A stretch of 64,000 nt of DNA from the human T2T-CHM13v2.0 reference genome, Homo sapiens: assembly GCF_009914755.1 (NCBI RefSeq), contig NC_060926.1. One strand, 5' to 3'. This document shows, in pieces, positions 12,901 through 33,676 of this stretch (position 1 is its first letter; every line of letters begins with the position of its first letter). The notes below the pieces were generated by a model, which saw only the letters and a list, made by a program, of their open reading frames with translations, did not search any database and was not told the DNA's origin. Position numbers and translations under genes: made by a program.

Positions 12901-14156
12901 CCCCATCCTAGCTACAGGCCGACCCTCTAACCTTGACCTTGTCAGAAACCAACTTTTAATCACAGGAACCTAACCCTGGCCACAGACCAAACCTAAAAAT
13001 TTGTCAGCCTCCTCATTCATTCTCAATCATTGATTGAGCTGCTACTGAGCCCAGCACCACCCACGCAGCCCCTGCAGCCTCGGGTGGGGGTGGCAGGCCC
13101 CTCATATGAAGCTCTAATCTGAGGCTGGTTGTGAGTGGGGATGGGGGAGGAGAGCAGAAGTTTTGTTTGAGACCTGATCTTATCTCTGCCTTGCTACGTG
13201 ACCTTGGGCTGGTCACATCATCTCCTGGGCTGGGCTCTCCATTTGTTCTTCCACAGTGGGGTGACAGGCCTAGATGGTCTCCATGTCCCTATCCTCATGG
13301 CACCATGTCAGTAGGGGAAAGCCAGGAGTGATCTAGAATGGAGGTATCATGGTCAGGATTGATGTTACTCTTGGAAGTAGGAAGATATAAGAGATCAGGA
13401 ACTTCTGCTTTTGCATAGTAATTAATAGGGGTTAAAGGAATTCCTCCATTTGAATGTTGTTTTCCTGGTTCTGCCACAGCCTCTGGAACCCTGACTGGAT
13501 GCCATTGATTCTCCTTCCTGCCTCAGCTTTTCCATCTGTAAAAAGAGGTGTGACATCAGCAGTTCAGGAATTTGGAAGGATGGACAGATGGGCCTGTGTG
13601 AACATGAACATCTGCAAATTCAGACAGAAGACTTCAACTGGAAGACAAAGTCAGATTCTGACTATGTATGTTGCTCATCCCAAAGACAGGAGCAATAGGA
13701 TAATTTGCAGTGACAGCCCTCCAAGGCCCAGTGCATGAGTTGTAGGGTTGCAGTTTAATTCCCCAGACAGCACCAGGATGGGGGTGGGCAGGGTGTGGGT
13801 TGGCTGAGGAGGGGACAGACTCTACCTGGAACCTCCCATGATCTGCCATCATGTCCCCGAGTAGCTGCACACTGCCTGAAATTCCACTCTCAGGGAGCAG
13901 CAATGCGATGTGCAGGCACCGTCCTGACCTGGGACTGGAAATGCACCCTATCACCTGTTAGTGCTCACCTGCACAGGGCCTCATCCCTATACCAGTCCTC
14001 TTCCTCCTCTCAGCTGAGAGCAGGACAGTGAAAGAAGAGGCAGATACGGACTTGATAAAATCCATAAGAGCAGTTGAAGAGGGATAGTTCTAGAGTAGCA
14101 GTTCTCAAAGTGAGGTCTGGGAACTCCTGGGCATCCCTAAGACCCTCTCATGAATA

Positions 14157-14610
14157 TATTAGTTGTCCAATGCTGTGGAAGAAATTACTCAAAAGCACAG
14201 CAGCTTAAAACAACGAACATTTATCTGCAAGTATCTCACAGGCAGTCAGGAATCTGGGCAGGCTTAACGGATGCCTCAAGGTCCCTCACAGGCTACATTC
14301 AAGAGTTCAGCTGAGGCTGCAGTCTCATCTGAAGGATCTACTAGGGGAAGATGTCCTTCCAAACGCATTGCCGTGGTTGTTGGCAGGATTCAGTTCCTCG
14401 CTGGATATGGGCCAGAGGTCTCCTTCAGTTCCAAAAAGCCAGTCTTATTGTAATGTAATCGTCAAAGTGATATCTCACCACTTTTGCCATATGTATTCCT
14501 TAGAACCAAATCACTAGGTCCAGCCCACATAGGAGGGGAGGGGTTTACACAAGGATATGAATGTTGGGGGGCAGGATCACCGGGAGACATCTTAGAGGCT
14601 GCCTAACACA
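14157..14610 (-). mobile_element. MLT1-family (ERVL-MaLR) solo LTR
   Basis: TATTAGTT...CAGCAGCTTAAAACAAC start and CATCTTAGAGGCTGCCTAACACA end, typical of reverse-oriented MLT1. Confidence 0.7.
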
Positions 14611-14754
14611 GGATCCATGAGGTCCTCGCTTTTCCAACTGCATATCTCTGTGATGCTGGCTTTCCGTCATATGCTTTGACCAAAGCATATCTTAAAGTAT
14701 TTAATGCAAAAGCAGATATAAGAATCCAGCTGCCTTCTACTCAGCTGCACATTA

Positions 14755-15211
<457 letters not shown>

Positions 15212-16091
15212 CTAAGATACTGCCCAAGGAGGGCTGCCCTGCGTGGGCATGGGGGACAAACCTGTAAGAAGTCTTCCAGCAGCCAGACATTACCAGAGGG
15301 ACGGGGGTCAAATACAGCAAGGTACAGCAAGGGAGAGGAAGGGCCTAGATTCCAGCTTTTGCTTTCTTTACACTTTTACACACTGTCTCTATGTTTATCT
15401 TTTATACATTTGTGTGCATAGAGGTTCACTGTGCACACACATTTCTTGGCATGAGCACATGTGCATGTACACACATGGGTGTATCTGGGCACCTGTCATG
15501 GTTGTCATGCGTGTGCATACATGTGTGTACATATGCCTGTTTAAGCACAGTGTGCCTGGAGCCCCTGAGAATGAGCAGGTCCTGACCAGCAGGTCCAGGG
15601 GCATCCTGTGAAAGGAAGGGGCAGCAGAGGGTTGGGTGTCATGGGCCACTACCACCTGCACAGCTGTGTATCCCTGAAATCCCCCAGCCCTCAGCCCTCT
15701 GCTCTCAGCATGACTCTCAAATATTTTCATCTTCTATGGGAACTTCCTGTCCAACTTCCTGTTGTTCTTGGACTTTTCTTTTTTAGTTTTTTTTTTTTTA
15801 AAGGTTGTAATTCTTTAATCTGCCTTTTTATTTTGCCCAGAGAGGCACTGTGGTCTCCAGCCACCTCTGAGGAAGGGAGAAAAAAATCTTGCCAGAGCAG
15901 GCCAGGTCCTTGGCTGGAGTTAAAGGCTCCCAGGAATTGACCACAGGGACTGAACTCCTTTTTCCATCAAGATAAACGAAATAGTTTAAAAACCCCAATT
16001 TGTCTCGTAGAAGATATTCAAGAGCTTCTGCCTGCTGTGCCCCAGAGTGAGGGGTAGTGGGAGAGAAAGAGGCCTCAGGACAGGTTTCTTG

Positions 16092-16153
16092 GGGGCTCAG
16101 AAAGGGCTGCCCTGAGATTTACGGGGCTCAGAAAGGGCTGCCCTGAGATTTAC
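16092..16153. repeat. Perfect 31-bp tandem duplication
   Basis: GGGGCTCAGAAAGGGCTGCCCTGAGATTTAC at 16092-16122 and 16123-16153. Confidence 0.92.
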
Positions 16154-18769
16154 AGGGCACAGGGTCCCATCAGTTCTGCCCCTCCATTCTCCTTTCCTTC
16201 AGAACCTGCCAAAGGGAGACCAGCTAACAAAGAATCCAGAAGCACCTGCCAGCCAGAGCCCAGCCTCAGCTCAGCCCAACCAAGTCTCCAGCCTCATCCC
16301 CCTGATCAGTGCCCTCCCCACAAATGGCAGTTCCTTCGCAAAGTCTGGTGCCTGTTCCCTTGCTGTCCTTCTATGCCCTTCATTTTCTATCCAGCCTCTA
16401 CTTCATCAGATTATTCTTTCCAGCTGTCATTAAATGGCCTCTGGGAAGCCTTCCCTGGCTCTCCCAGGCCAAGGAAAGTGCTTCATCCATAATGCTTCCT
16501 TGCCAGGCCCTCCCCAGGGCTCCATCAGCACTGGAGTACCTCCCTGGTATCCCTCAGCACTGCTCCTACTGCCGCCCCTGTAGCTGGTCCTGTGGTTGAG
16601 CCATCCTTGTCTTCGTATTCTGGACCCTCTCTGTGTCCCAGCAGACCCCAGATGCCTGCAGGCCTGCCGCAAGCCTACTTCTCCCAAGGTGAGCCGGGGT
16701 TCTGAACACCATCCCCTTTTCTCCTCACTTCCTTCTAGCTGCTTTCAAAGGGCAGCTCCCCCACTTTTCTCAACTAGTCTCCCCTGCCCAGGCTGGGACC
16801 TAGCACAATTAGTCCTGAATAAGTATTTGTTACTTGTGTTGTTTCATCTCCAGCAGTGCATTGCTTTGAAAAACTCACCCTGTTCAACTGTTAATAGGTG
16901 ATGTGTCTTTCCCTCATCAAGCCTTCCCTCCTTCCCCAGCTGAGAGGTGTTTGCATTTTAGCTAGAGACAAACCTTAACCGAAAGAAACAAATGAATCTG
17001 CAACAGTGAGATTTTAGGGCACCCTGAAGAAGGTGGGGGTGGAGGGGAGCGCCCCTCAGGCCTTGAACAGTCTCTTTCACCCTTGCTTAGGGCTGGGCTC
17101 TTCCCAGCTGCAAGATGCCAAAGCTAGACCACTCCACTTCTCTGGGCCTGCCCAGAAGGCAAACCAGTCTCCTCTAGCAGGAACTTCCGTAAATATGTTC
17201 AAGTGAAAATGCGACTCTTGGGCTCCATCCTTTAACTCCTGAAGTCGGAATTGGAGGGTGGAGGGTTTCAAAGGTGACCTCATGTGTAGCTGGGGCTGTT
17301 GAACTCTGTCCTCACAGTGTCCTCAGTTTCTAGCTGAGTGACTGCCGTGGTAGGTACCCCATAAATGTTTGAAGAACTGAATGAGAGGCAGGGAAATAGA
17401 GTGCAAGCAGTCAGGGTCTAAGGGATCTGCCATGTTCTATGGGATCTGGGGCGCATTCTGTGCACTGCTGAAGTAGAGACATTCTCCCCTGCCTTGCAGG
17501 GTTGCTGGAGGGGCCCCTCAAAGGCCAGGACGTACAGTTGTGCCCAAGGAGGGTGTGTACAGAGAAACTGCTCAGCCCTGTCTTCTGGAACTAAGGAAAA
17601 CCAGCAGGAGCCATATCCTGGGGCTTTCCCTCCCCAGCCTTGGCCGGAGGGGCTCCTTGGAATCAATGTTTATGGTACTGGGATTGTTCCTTGGGCCAAG
17701 CTCAAGCAAGTAGCATTCCTGGAATCTGTTGTTTATTAGCAGGGATGAGAGGACAGGACACCACTTGCTGGTTAAACCATCTCTAGACCTTATCTCTGCC
17801 CAGCACCTTTAAACACAAACTTTGCCCTGGGGCTGCAGCCCTCTGAAGCCACCGGAGCTAAATGAGGTGCATTTGGGTTTTGAGCCTGTTGATTCACACT
17901 TATCTCCAGAGAGTTCTCCTTCCTCCCCTAAAGCTCCCTCTAGAAACTTCCCTCAGGACCCAAGAGGGAACCTCTGCCAAACCAGCTCAACCTCCACCAT
18001 CTAATTCCACTGGTATGGATAAAGCTCACATCATCCCAGGCCTCAAAACTCACAAGACAAGGAGTTCAGATGGTAGTTTAAAATGTTTCCCTTCTCCTAG
18101 CCCTGCCCAAGAGACTAATTCCCTGTTACTTCAGCCTTCACCAGAAGCCCAGAGTCCTCCAGGGTCTTACTGCTCTGATCCATCCGGGCCTAGTTTTATC
18201 TAACCCCCTACCTATTCCCTCCTTGTCAAACCCTCCACTGGCCTCTGTCATGGACTATTACTCTTAGCTCACTGTTTCTCTCTCCTGACTTCATTCTATG
18301 AGGCTTTAACATCCACGTGGCCACCCCACCCAATACCTCGATCTCCCCGTTCCCTGCCCATCTTGCCTCTAACTTTTCTTCTACCCCAACTCAGCCACTT
18401 CCCTGCCCCCATGGTCGCCCCACTCCTATTCAACACCAGTGACTCCAGCACCTCTGAAACTCAACCACAAACCTCCCATCTTCTCACCACAACCTTCTAG
18501 CGTTCTAGGCAAAAGTGCATCGACTTTTGCATCCCATCAATGTGTTTTCAACTTCATTGAGACTTCTAATCCATTGATCCCATCACTTTTTCACTATCAT
18601 CTTTCTTTTATCTTCAATTCTCTTTGTACAGCTTAAATTCTATAATTACTACCTTTCAAACACTCTCAGCTTCCTTGGGATTTATTGTTTCTTCTCTGGT
18701 AAAATCCTAAACTGGGTAAAACCCAACAATTTCACCATGCCTATCCCTGAGCAACTACATATTGGTTGA

Positions 18770-19184
<415 letters not shown>

Positions 19185-19379
19185 TAAGTTTGCTCTCCCA
19201 CTCTACAAGATGCTTAGTCAATACCTTCCCTTCTTACCAAACCTCTGACAGCTTCCCACCCATGTTCAGCTGATAACATTGCCTCATGCTTAATGGGGAA
19301 AATTAATGTCATCAAAGAATTCTTCATCTTCCTACCTCCCAACCTACCCTGGGAAGGACACAACCAGGACAATTTGAAT

Positions 19380-19980
19380 AGAAACCATTATTATGGACAT
19401 TCTTGATTTGATCCTGGTTTTAATGGAAAATCTCTCATACTTCAATATTAACTATAATGATTGCTATAGGTTTTAGAAAGATGTCTCTTTTCATGTTACC
19501 TTCTAGTACCAGTTGGATATGAGGTCTGTTTTGTTTAACATGAGTGAGTGTTCAATTTTATTAAGTACATTTTCTATATTGATTGATATAACTACATGGT
19601 TACAGAGATCCACAGACAATGGAGTGAGAAGTGTTGTAAGTTACTGAGATTTGGCATTATTTGTTACATGACATGAGTGAAGCAAAACCTAACTAATACA
19701 TTTTGTAAAATAAATTGGATTTTTTTTCTTTTTATATTCTCCGAAATAATTTGTATATTTTTCTATTCTCTGAAATGAAGCTTTTGTGTAAAACCATCTG
19801 TGCCTGGTGTCTTTTGGGAGAAGGCTTTTGGTTACCAATTCACCTTCTTTCAGTCTCATTGTTTTTTTTTTTTTTAATTTGCTTTATGACTCAATCCTTA
19901 TCATTTATATTGTTCTAGGAATATATTCATTTCATTCCAGTTTTCAAATGGTTTCACATTATCTTTATTTTTATATAAGT
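19380..19980 (-). mobile_element. Degenerate L1M ORF2 fragments with an MLT1 3' fragment (~19600-19700)
   Basis: Reverse-strand L1 ORF2-like sequence (ATGATTGCTATAGGTTTT, GTTCAATTTTATTAAG, GTAAAACCATCTGTGCCTGGTG); MaLR end CTAACTAATACA. Confidence 0.55.
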
Positions 19981-19988
19981 GAGGCATT

Positions 19989-20067
19989 CACAAGGCCCAC
20001 AAATCAAAAGGTATAAAGAGCTTCTCACTATATAACTCTTTATATCTTTTGATTTGTGGGCCTTGTG
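19989..20067. repeat. 32-bp inverted repeat (fold-back hairpin, 15-nt loop)
   Basis: CACAAGGCCCACAAATCAAAAGGTATAAAGAG (19989-20020) vs CTCTTTATATCTTTTGATTTGTGGGCCTTGTG (20036-20067): 31/32 complementary, the remaining pair being G:T. Confidence 0.95.
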
Positions 20068-20349
20068 TTATCAATGGAACTGTTATCAGTTCCATTTGAT
20101 AACAATGGACTAGGTAACTCCTACCTACCCTGCTGCTGAGAATAAAGAAGATACAATATTTTTAAAAATCATAGATGTATCAAAAAACTTGCCGCAGGCT
20201 GAGAAATCTTTGGGAGACAAGGGAAACCTGGAGAGTTAAGCCTAGTGATTCCAAACTATGCTTGGCCCTGTGATAATTTACCTGGGTAAACAGCTGTGAA
20301 GCAGATCCTAACTCCTAGTTGGTTGCCTTGTATAATTCACCGTATTAAT

Positions 20350-21575
20350 AATTATAAGCCAAAACCCATATAATAGTTTCAATCGATTCAGAAACATATT
20401 TGTTAAAAATAACGATTTATGATAAAGACACTTTAAAAATGAGGCAGACAAGAGGCTCATAGAACACTGCAAAAATGCAGATTTTTCTGGAGCTCTTAGT
20501 GGGCAAGGACATCATTCCTCCCCACTTCACCCAAAGATCAGCTACACTATGAAGAATATCAAAGTCAAAATTCAAAAAGAGGAAGGAAAGCAATCCTTCT
20601 AACCAACAGCTTCTGATTTTTGCTAGCAAGCTGCTCAGGGATGAACTTACTCTTCACACTGAAAATATCTAAAGAGAATTTATCTACCATGTATCTGGTG
20701 CTGTGTTTTGGGGGCATTATCACTGGGTCTTCCTCTGCCAGTCTATCCAGAGATATCACTGCAACAATTATCTATTGAAAATATTACACCTAGCTGAATA
20801 CCTTGCTTCAACACAGAAAAAAAGTGCAGTCATGCCAACAATTTATCCCCAAAGAAAGTCAAATAAAGGCCTTTTCCTCATTTGCCTGACAAAGGTGATC
20901 TCGTTTCTGAGCTTCGTAAGACTGAGGTCTCAATAAAGCTCCCCTTTGGTTGACAGTAGTGATTAAACAACAAGAAGAACTATAACCTCTTAGCAAATTA
21001 GGAAAAGAAGAGAATTCCCTAAATTTGGCAGCACATTTTACATTCGATAAGTAAAATGTTGAAAGTTCTCCCTTTGAAATTGTGAGGAAGACAGATACCT
21101 GCTGCCACTATGTAATCATTTCCTCTATTCAGCATTGTACCAGGATGTCCTAGCTTGTGTAACAAGGTAAAATAACTAACGAAACTAATACCGAGAAAAA
21201 AGGAACACTTGTAAAAGTAGGAAAACAAGAAACAAAAGTCATTTCCAAAACAGATAATTGTCTGTGAAGTAAGTCCAAAAGAATCTACAGCTAAATAATT
21301 TGAATTAGTATGAAAATTTTACAAAATATCTCTGTACACATTCATTGTGCAAAACCAAACCGTATTTCTATATATCAGCAATAAACAGGTAGAAAATCAA
21401 ATTTCTAAAAAATACTATTTTACAATAACACCAAAAAACATGAACCAACTAGGAATACACAACAAGTTGCATACAATACCAAGAAAACTACAGAATATTA
21501 AGAAACATTAAAGAATACTTTAAACAATGGAGAAACCTACTATGGTCAAAGATTAGAAAATTTAATTTTTACAAT
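20350..21575 (+). mobile_element. Degenerate L1M ORF2 (RT-region) fragment, host of the UBA52 retrocopy
   Basis: DNA resembling ...[18 protein letters not shown] on the left continues as LSKLG.E.N.LNL and ...VLPFEIVRKT on the right of the insertion. Confidence 0.65.
20441..20980 (+). pseudogene. Processed pseudogene of UBA52 (ubiquitin-ribosomal protein eL40 fusion)
   Basis: From ATG 20475, frameshifted pieces read MQIFLELLVGKDII / SYTMKNIKVKIQKEEG / QQLLIFASKLLRDELTLHTENI*RE / STMYLVLCFGGII / LCQSIQRYHCNN / KKCSHANNLSPKKVK* (TAA 20864-20866), collinear with ubiquitin + eL40. No introns; AATAAA at 20932; A-rich tail 20965-20979. Confidence 0.88.
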
Positions 21576-21690
21576 GTTGCTGTAGAGAAATCTGAGCCTA
21601 CTTAGGTTTTTTCTCCCTTATAAGTGATTGAGTCTTTTTTCATGGCTGGCCAAAAAGATCTTCTTTCTCTTGGTTCCCTTGAGGTTTATG

Positions 21691-22077
21691 TGATATGGTT
21701 TGGCTCTGTGTCCCCACCTAAATGTCCTGTCACATTATAATCCCCACATGTCAGGGGAAGGACCTGGTGGGAGGCAATTGGATCATGGGGGTGGATGTCC
21801 CCCTTGCTGTTCTTGGGATAGTGAATGAATTCTCATGATATCTGATGGTTTAAAATGTGTGGCACTTCCTCCTTCACCCCAGTTCTCTCTCTCCTGCCAC
21901 CATGTGAAGAAGGTCCTTGTTTCCCCTTTGCTTTACTCCATGATTGTAAGTTTCCTGATGTCTCCCAGTTATGCTTCCTATTAAGTCTACAGAACTGTGA
22001 GTCAATTAAACCTCTTTTCTTCAAAAACTACCAGTCTCAGGTAGTTTTTTGTAGCAGTGTGAGAATGGACTAATACA
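21691..22077 (+). mobile_element. MSTA/THE1-family (ERVL-MaLR) solo LTR
   Basis: TGATATGGTTTGGCTCTGTGTCCCCAC start, GTGAGTCAATTAAACCTCT, GGACTAATACA end. Confidence 0.9.
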
Positions 22078-23204
22078 CTTTGTCTTCATATTGACCACTC
22101 TGTCAGTTTGCTATGGCATATGGTGTGCCCTTTCATTATGTAGACTCAAGCTGCCGTTTATTGCAAGGTTTCAAAATTTTCCTGAATTCTGCATTCTAAC
22201 TTAAGAACATCTAAATATCTGTTCTACTCCATTTTTCTCTTTTTAATAAACAATGACTCCAATTACACATATGTTAATTTCCTTCTCCTGTCTTCTATAT
22301 ATCTGCCCCTCTCATCCTTTGAAAACCTTTATTTCTGTCTCACTGTGGTCACAGTTTCAAAAATTTCTGACAACCATGTAACTCACTTATTTTCTGCCGT
22401 GCCTAGTTTGTCTCATTCCCCTTTTAATTTCCTCTTTGTTTCCAGGATAGTTTTTCTCTCTTTTCTGAGTGCGACTAGCTCCTGTTTTAACCTCTCTATC
22501 ATTTTACCATCAACTCTTGATTTCTTATCTCTTTCCTGAATTCTTATGTTTTTTTCTTTGTGGTTTTTTTTCACAGAAACTATTGCTTTGTTAGGTTTTA
22601 ATTTTTAAATTATAATAATGTGTTTTCATAGGATTTTTGTCTCTCCCTTGGCAGTATTTTTCTGATGAGTGTTCTGCATCTCATCTAGTAAATATTGCTG
22701 CCCTTTCCCAAATGATTTGTACTTTCCTGGCCCAGCTATTTCTAAGAGACTGTTTCATGGAGTTATTTTTGCTGATATTTTTCACAATCTGCTACCCTGA
22801 GGCTATATTACCATTCTCTGCATTTTCCTGTGCCTCATACCCTATCCACCCCTGCCCGTGATTTCTGTCTCATATCTGCCCTGTCCTTCTTGGATCTTGA
22901 AACATGTATTTAAAGATACACGATCATCACTACGGGGTGGGGTTCTTATCCACACGAGTAAGTTTTTAACAGAGTTCTCTCAGGCCTGCTGCACCTGGAC
23001 TGTCTGGATATTGTCAACAGCCTATGGTACACTCTTCCAGGTGTTCAGAACTTTGGGGTTTTAGAATGTGGATAAGGATTATGAATCTTTATTTCTTTTT
23101 TTATGTCTACCTGTAACTGATTTTTGCCTATGTGTGTTCTATGTTACTAAAAGTCATTTTTTATTTTGTTTCTTGAATATCCTAAACTACTAATTTTTAA
23201 AACC

Positions 23205-25636
23205 ATTTTAACTTTCATTTTAGATTCAGAGGGTTCATGTACAGGTTTGTTACATGGGTATATGGTGTGTAGCTAAAGTTTTGAGTACAATTGATCCATC
23301 ACCCAGGTACTAAGCAAAGTACCCCAAAATTAGTTTTTCAACCCTTGTCCCCCTCCCACCCTCCCACCTCTAGTAGTCCACAGTGTCTATTGGTGTCAAC
23401 TGTATGTTCATTTAGTACCCAATGTTTAGCTCCCATTTATAAGTGAAAACATGTGGTATTTGGTTTTCTGTTTCTGTTATTATTTCACTTAGGATAATGG
23501 CCTCTGGCTGCATCCTTGTTGCTGCAAAGAACATGATTTTGTTCTTTTTTATGGCTGTGTAATATTCTGTCGTATATGACATTTTATTTAACCAATCTAC
23601 TGTTGATGGGCAGTTAGGTTGTTTCTATGTCTTTGCTATTGTGTCTAATGCTGTAATTAACGTATAAGTACATGTGTCTTTTTGGTAGAACGATTTATCT
23701 TCTTTTGGATATTGACCCGATAATGCTACTCCTGGGTTGAATGGTAGTTCAGTTTTAAGTTCTTTGAGAAATCTGCAAACTGTTTTCCACAGTGGGTGAA
23801 CTAATTGACATTCTCACCAATAATGTATAAGCTTTCCCTTTTTTTTGCAGCCTCATCAGCACCTGTTTTTTGTTGTTGTTGTTGGTTTCTTTTTTGGACT
23901 TTTTAATAATAGCTGTGGTGTGAGATGGTACCTCATTGTGGTTTTGATTTGCATTTCTCTGATAACTAGTGATGTTGAGCATTTTTTCATGTTTGCCGGT
24001 CACTTGCATGTCTTCTTTTGAGAAGTGTCTGTTCATGTCTTTTGCCCATTTTAAATAGGGTTGTTTTTTTCTTGTTGAATTGTTTACGTGCTTTGTAGAT
24101 TCTGAATATTAGACCTTTGTCAAATTCATAGTTTATAAATATTTTCTCCCATTCTGTAAGTTTTCTGCTTACTCTGTGGAGAGTTTTGTTTTTGTTTTTG
24201 TTTTGGTTTGTTTTGTTTTGTTGCTGTACAGAAGCTCATTAGTTCAATTAGATCCCACTTGTCAATGTCTGTTTTCATTGCAGTTGCTTTTGAGGACTTA
24301 GTCATGAATTCTTTCCCAAGGCTGATGTCCAGAATGGCATTTCCTAGGTTTTCTTCTAGGATTCTTATAGTTTAAGGTCTTATGTTTAGATATTTAATAC
24401 ATCTTGAGTTTATTTCTGTATACGCTGAAAGGTAAGGGTCCAGTTTCATTATTCTGCATTTGGCCATGGCCAGCCAGCTATCCCAGTACCATTTATTGAA
24501 TAGGGAGTCCTTTCACCATTTTTTATTTTTATTGACTTTATTGAAGATCAGATGGCCGTAGGTGTGTGGCTTTATTTCTGAGTACTCTGTTCTGTTCCAT
24601 TGGTCTATGTGTCTGTTTTTTTGTGCCAGTACCATGCTATATTGATTACTGTAGCCTTATAGTAGAGTCTGAAGTCAGGTAATGTGATGCCTCCAGCTTT
24701 GTTCTTTTTGCTTAGGATTGCTTTGGTGATTTTGGTTATTTTTTGGTTCCATATGAATTTTAGAGTAGTTTTGTCTAGTTCTGTGAAAAATTACATTTGT
24801 AGCTTGATATGATAGTGTTGAATCTGTATGTTGCTTTGGGCAGTATGGCCATTTTAACAATATTGATTTTTCTGATCCATGAGCATGGAATGTTTTTCCA
24901 TTTATTTGTGTCATCTTTGATTTCTTTCAGCAGTGTTTTGTAGATCTCCTTGTAGGGATCTTTCACCTCCTTGGTTAGATGTATTCTTATATAATTTTTT
25001 GTAGCTATTGTAAATGGGATTGTGTTCTTGATTTGGCTCTCAGCTTGAACGTTATTGGTGTATAGAAATGCTACTGATTTTTGTACATTGATTTTGTGTC
25101 TGGAAACTTTACTGAAGTCATTTATCAGTTCCAGGAGCCTTTTGGCAAGGGTTTTCCAGGTATAGAATGATATCAGTGAAGAGAGATAGCTTGACTTATT
25201 TTCCTATTTGGATACCTTTCATTTGTTTCTCTTGTTTTATTGCTCTGGTAAGAACGTCCCATACTATGTTGAATAGGAGTGGTAAGAATGGACTTCCTTG
25301 TTTTGTTTCAGTGTTCAAGGGAAATGCTTTCAGATTTTGCTCATTTGGTATGATGTTGGCTGTGAGTTTGTCATAGATGGCTCTTATTATTTTGAGGTAT
25401 GTTCCTTTAATACCTAGTTTCTTGGGGATTTTTATTATAAAAGGATGTTGGATTTTATTAAAAACTTTTTATGTGTCTATTGAGATGATCATATGGTTTT
25501 TGTTTTTAATTCTGCTTATGTGATGAATCACATTTATTACTTTGCATATGTTGAACAAACCTTGCATCCCAGGAATGAAGCCTACTTGACCATGGTGAAT
25601 TAACTTTTCCGTATACTGTTGGATTCAGTTTACTAG
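23205..25636 (-). mobile_element. L1PA15/16-like LINE: 3' UTR plus decayed ORF2 C-terminal half
   Basis: Reverse L1 3' end (CAGGTTTGTTACATGGGTAT); minus ORFs 23755..24036 ([11 protein letters not shown]) and 24775..24966 ([23 protein letters not shown]) are ORF2 remnants. Confidence 0.88.
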
Positions 25637-26099
25637 TACTAAAATACTTATTTAAAGGGTTGATGTAGCTCAGAAAACAAACAGAAACAAGAAGTATTTG
25701 GGAGGGAAAAGAAAACCTCACAAACACAACAAATACTATTCTTAATATCCTTAAGAGAGAAGACATTTTTCAATTTTAAAACAAAAAAAAAGTATGTTTT
25801 ATTTAAAGAGAGTAAGGAATATTTGAAGAACAACAACAACAACAACAAGAATTTCAGAAATATTTTTTAATGGTAGTAGGAAAAAAGGCCCAATAGAATG
25901 TTTGGAAAATTCTTGACCATTATTTCTTTAAATATTGCTTCTTTTCCCATTCTAACTTTCCCTTCTTCTTCTAGGACTCCAATGATATGTATGTTGGATA
26001 TTTGTTACTGTGTCTCATATCTCTTTTATGCTCCTTTCTGATTTTTTCCCATTTCTTTTCTTTCTGTGTTTCAGTTTAGATATTTTTTTCTTGTGTGTT

Positions 26100-26401
<302 letters not shown>

Positions 26402-26464
26402 TAGATTTTTTTTTTTAATCTCTCCTTTAGTTCTCTAAATCTGTCTTCTCTGTGTCTAGTCTAT

Positions 26465-33194
<6,730 letters not shown>

Positions 33195-33475
33195 CATCTG
33201 ATTCTCTGTTGAAACACACCATTATTCATCCATTTATCCATTGTCCCTATATATTTTTCTTCTACCAGTTGTGGTTATTTAGAAATCCTTGTCTGCTAAC
33301 TCAATGACTGTTACCTTTTCTGTGTCTACTTATATTGACCCTTCTATCTCTTGGTCAGTGCTTCCCATTTCCACAACCCTCTCTTTTTTTGCTTGATTAT
33401 GAAGTTTTTAATGCAAGCTAGATATTGTAGGTGACACATTTTAGAAGCTCAGGATTATGTTATCTTTATCTAAAG

Positions 33476-33676
33476 CAGAGATATACAAACTACAGACAAA
33501 ACTGCTGCTTGCTTTTAAAATAAAGTCATATTGGAACACAGCCATGCCCATTTGTTTGCATAGTGTCTATGACTGCTTTCATATTACAGTGGCAGAGTTG
33601 AATAGCTGTAGTAGAAATCTTCAAAATCCAAAATATTTACTCTCTGATTTTTCATAGAAATATTTGTCAACCTTTG
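33476..33676. mobile_element. MER58-like hAT-Charlie MITE
   Basis: AATAAAGTCATATTGGAACACAGCCATGCCCATTTGTTTG...GGCAGAGTTGAATAG...AAAATATTTACTCTCTG matches recalled MER58A. Confidence 0.75.

Noticed and set aside
9268-13201. HIF-type RCGTG motifs (e.g. TACGTG at 9269, 10980, 13195) and E-box GTCACGTG at 46952
   Set aside because: Short motifs expected by chance in 64 kb; not clustered enough to call regulatory sites.
15405-15545. Alternating purine-pyrimidine, self-complementary TGCA/CATG/TGTG tract (similar tracts at ~51380-51570 and ~52640-52810)
   Set aside because: Looks like decayed (CA/TG)n low-complexity sequence; the apparent hairpins follow from composition.
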